The position numbers and the translations under genes were made by a program. The notes below the pieces were generated by a model that saw only the letters and a list, made by a program, of their open reading frames with translations, was not told the DNA's origin and searched no databases. 7,675 nucleotides of DNA from Candidatus Thorarchaeota archaeon (GTDB lineage Archaea; Asgardarchaeota; Heimdallarchaeia; Hodarchaeales; Hodarchaeaceae). This document shows positions 7,080 through 7,675 of the stretch, piece after piece; positions within the stretch are counted from its first letter, which is position 1, and every line of letters starts with the position of its first letter. Location: positions 1-7,675 of the forward strand of contig JBHLRO010000052.1 in NCBI GenBank assembly GCA_048882505.1, given 5' to 3'.

Positions 7080-7404
7080 GTGTTGGATCTTTGAAAGGAA
7101 GGTGCCCTCAGTACGAGAGGAACGGGGTGTCGGCGCCTCTACTCTACCGGTTGTCCGGGTGGGCATTGCCGGGCAGGCACGCGCCACGGGATAAGCGCTG
7201 AAAGCATCTAAGCACGAACCCCACCTTGAAAAGAAAGATCCACTCTGCTTGTATCTGGAAAGACACAGGGGCTGGTGACGGCAACTGTGGGCAAGTAGAC
7301 GAGCGCTGGGGTAGAAGACCCCGTTGATAGAACGGCAGCGTACGCGTGGAGGCTTCGGCCGACATGTTTAACTGGCCGTCCCTAATCGCGCAAGGGCTGA
7401 CCGC
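7080..7404 (+). rRNA. 23S rRNA 3'-terminal segment only (domain VI, about E. coli 2625-2900), with no upstream 23S sequence in the window
   Basis: Sarcin-ricin loop AGTACGAGAGGAAC at 7110-7123, H97 GATAAGCGCTGAAAGCATCTAAGC at 7190-7213, H94 GGATCTTT (7085-7092) pairing with AAAGATCC (7234-7241), H100 GGGGTAGAAGACCCC, GTTGATAG, a cUUCGg hairpin, and CTAATCGCGCAAGGGCTGACC resembling a 23S 3' end. The ends are approximate. Confidence 0.93.
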
Positions 7405-7442
7405 GTTGAAATGAGCAGTCCAATCGTCAGATAGTGTTAGGA
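7401..7442 (+). repeat. Directional intergenic repeat, copy D (core at 7420-7431), abutting the 23S 3' end
   Basis: Reference copy for the alignments with A, B, C and E. Confidence 0.9.
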
Positions 7443-7468
7443 TGGAAAAGAATGGTAAAAAGGAAAGC

Positions 7469-7675
7469 GTGGGAAAAAGGAGCGGTCTGATGTCTGGGAT
7501 CGCTGATCTGATTGAGGATAAGAGTGAAGTAAGGTGGGATTAAATTGGATGTTGAAAAAGAAAATTTGAGGAGGTGGGATTTCAAAGCAATCCTGGGTGT
7601 AGGTCTGACTATGGGAGCATTTGTGATCCTTGTACTCCCAACACATGGAGTGGGCAGGTTCGACCTATTAGGATT
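7469..7675 (+). repeat. Long direct repeat, copy 2 (runs to the window end)
   Basis: About 94% identical to 5050-5256. Confidence 0.95.
7545..7675 (+). CDS. 3'-truncated paralog of the 5126..5464 TM/RanBP2-type zinc-finger gene
   Basis: TTG at 7545 gives MDVEKENLRRWDFKAILGVGLTMGAFVILVLPTHGVGRFDLLG..., open to the window edge. It is absent from the ORF track because it has no stop codon in the window. Confidence 0.85.
   Translation, partial: MDVEKENLRRWDFKAILGVGLTMGAFVILVLPTHGVGRFDLLG

Noticed and set aside
444-7442. Repeat copies as a CRISPR array (TTGAAA near copies A and D)
   Set aside because: The intervals are 0.5-4.5 kb and contain whole genes. There is no regular 30-40 nt spacer period and no cas gene.
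7144-7646. Minus-strand ORFs 7144..7365 and 7437..7646
   Set aside because: They are antisense to the rRNA segment and to the duplicated + strand gene.
5050-7675. DGR template/variable repeat pair
   Set aside because: The 13 mismatches are not adenine-specific, and no reverse transcriptase is present.

Overview
Archaeal window, most likely Asgard-type (inferred from the archaeal 23S sequence, an expanded helix-98/ES39 region and many TM plus zinc-ribbon proteins). All credible genes are on the + strand. The left half encodes membrane or surface proteins: a truncated ORF, a heavily glycosylated surface protein, and a wHTH-TM-extracellular-domain fusion. A decayed nuclease pseudogene and a TM-TPR-zinc-ribbon gene follow. 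The right half looks like a cassette array: a TM/RanBP2-type zinc-finger gene, a solo PD-(D/E)XK nuclease, a vapBC toxin-antitoxin pair, an isolated 3' piece of 23S rRNA, and a second, 94% identical copy of the zinc-finger gene running off the window. The rRNA piece corresponds almost exactly to domain VI, has an intact sarcin-ricin loop, and starts about 47 nt after vapC. An asymmetric repeat of about 35 bp (core CCAATCGTCAGA) occurs five times in the same orientation, always between genes. The best candidates for new biology are the free-standing, structurally intact 23S domain VI next to a VapC RNase and the non-attC repeat that punctuates the array.
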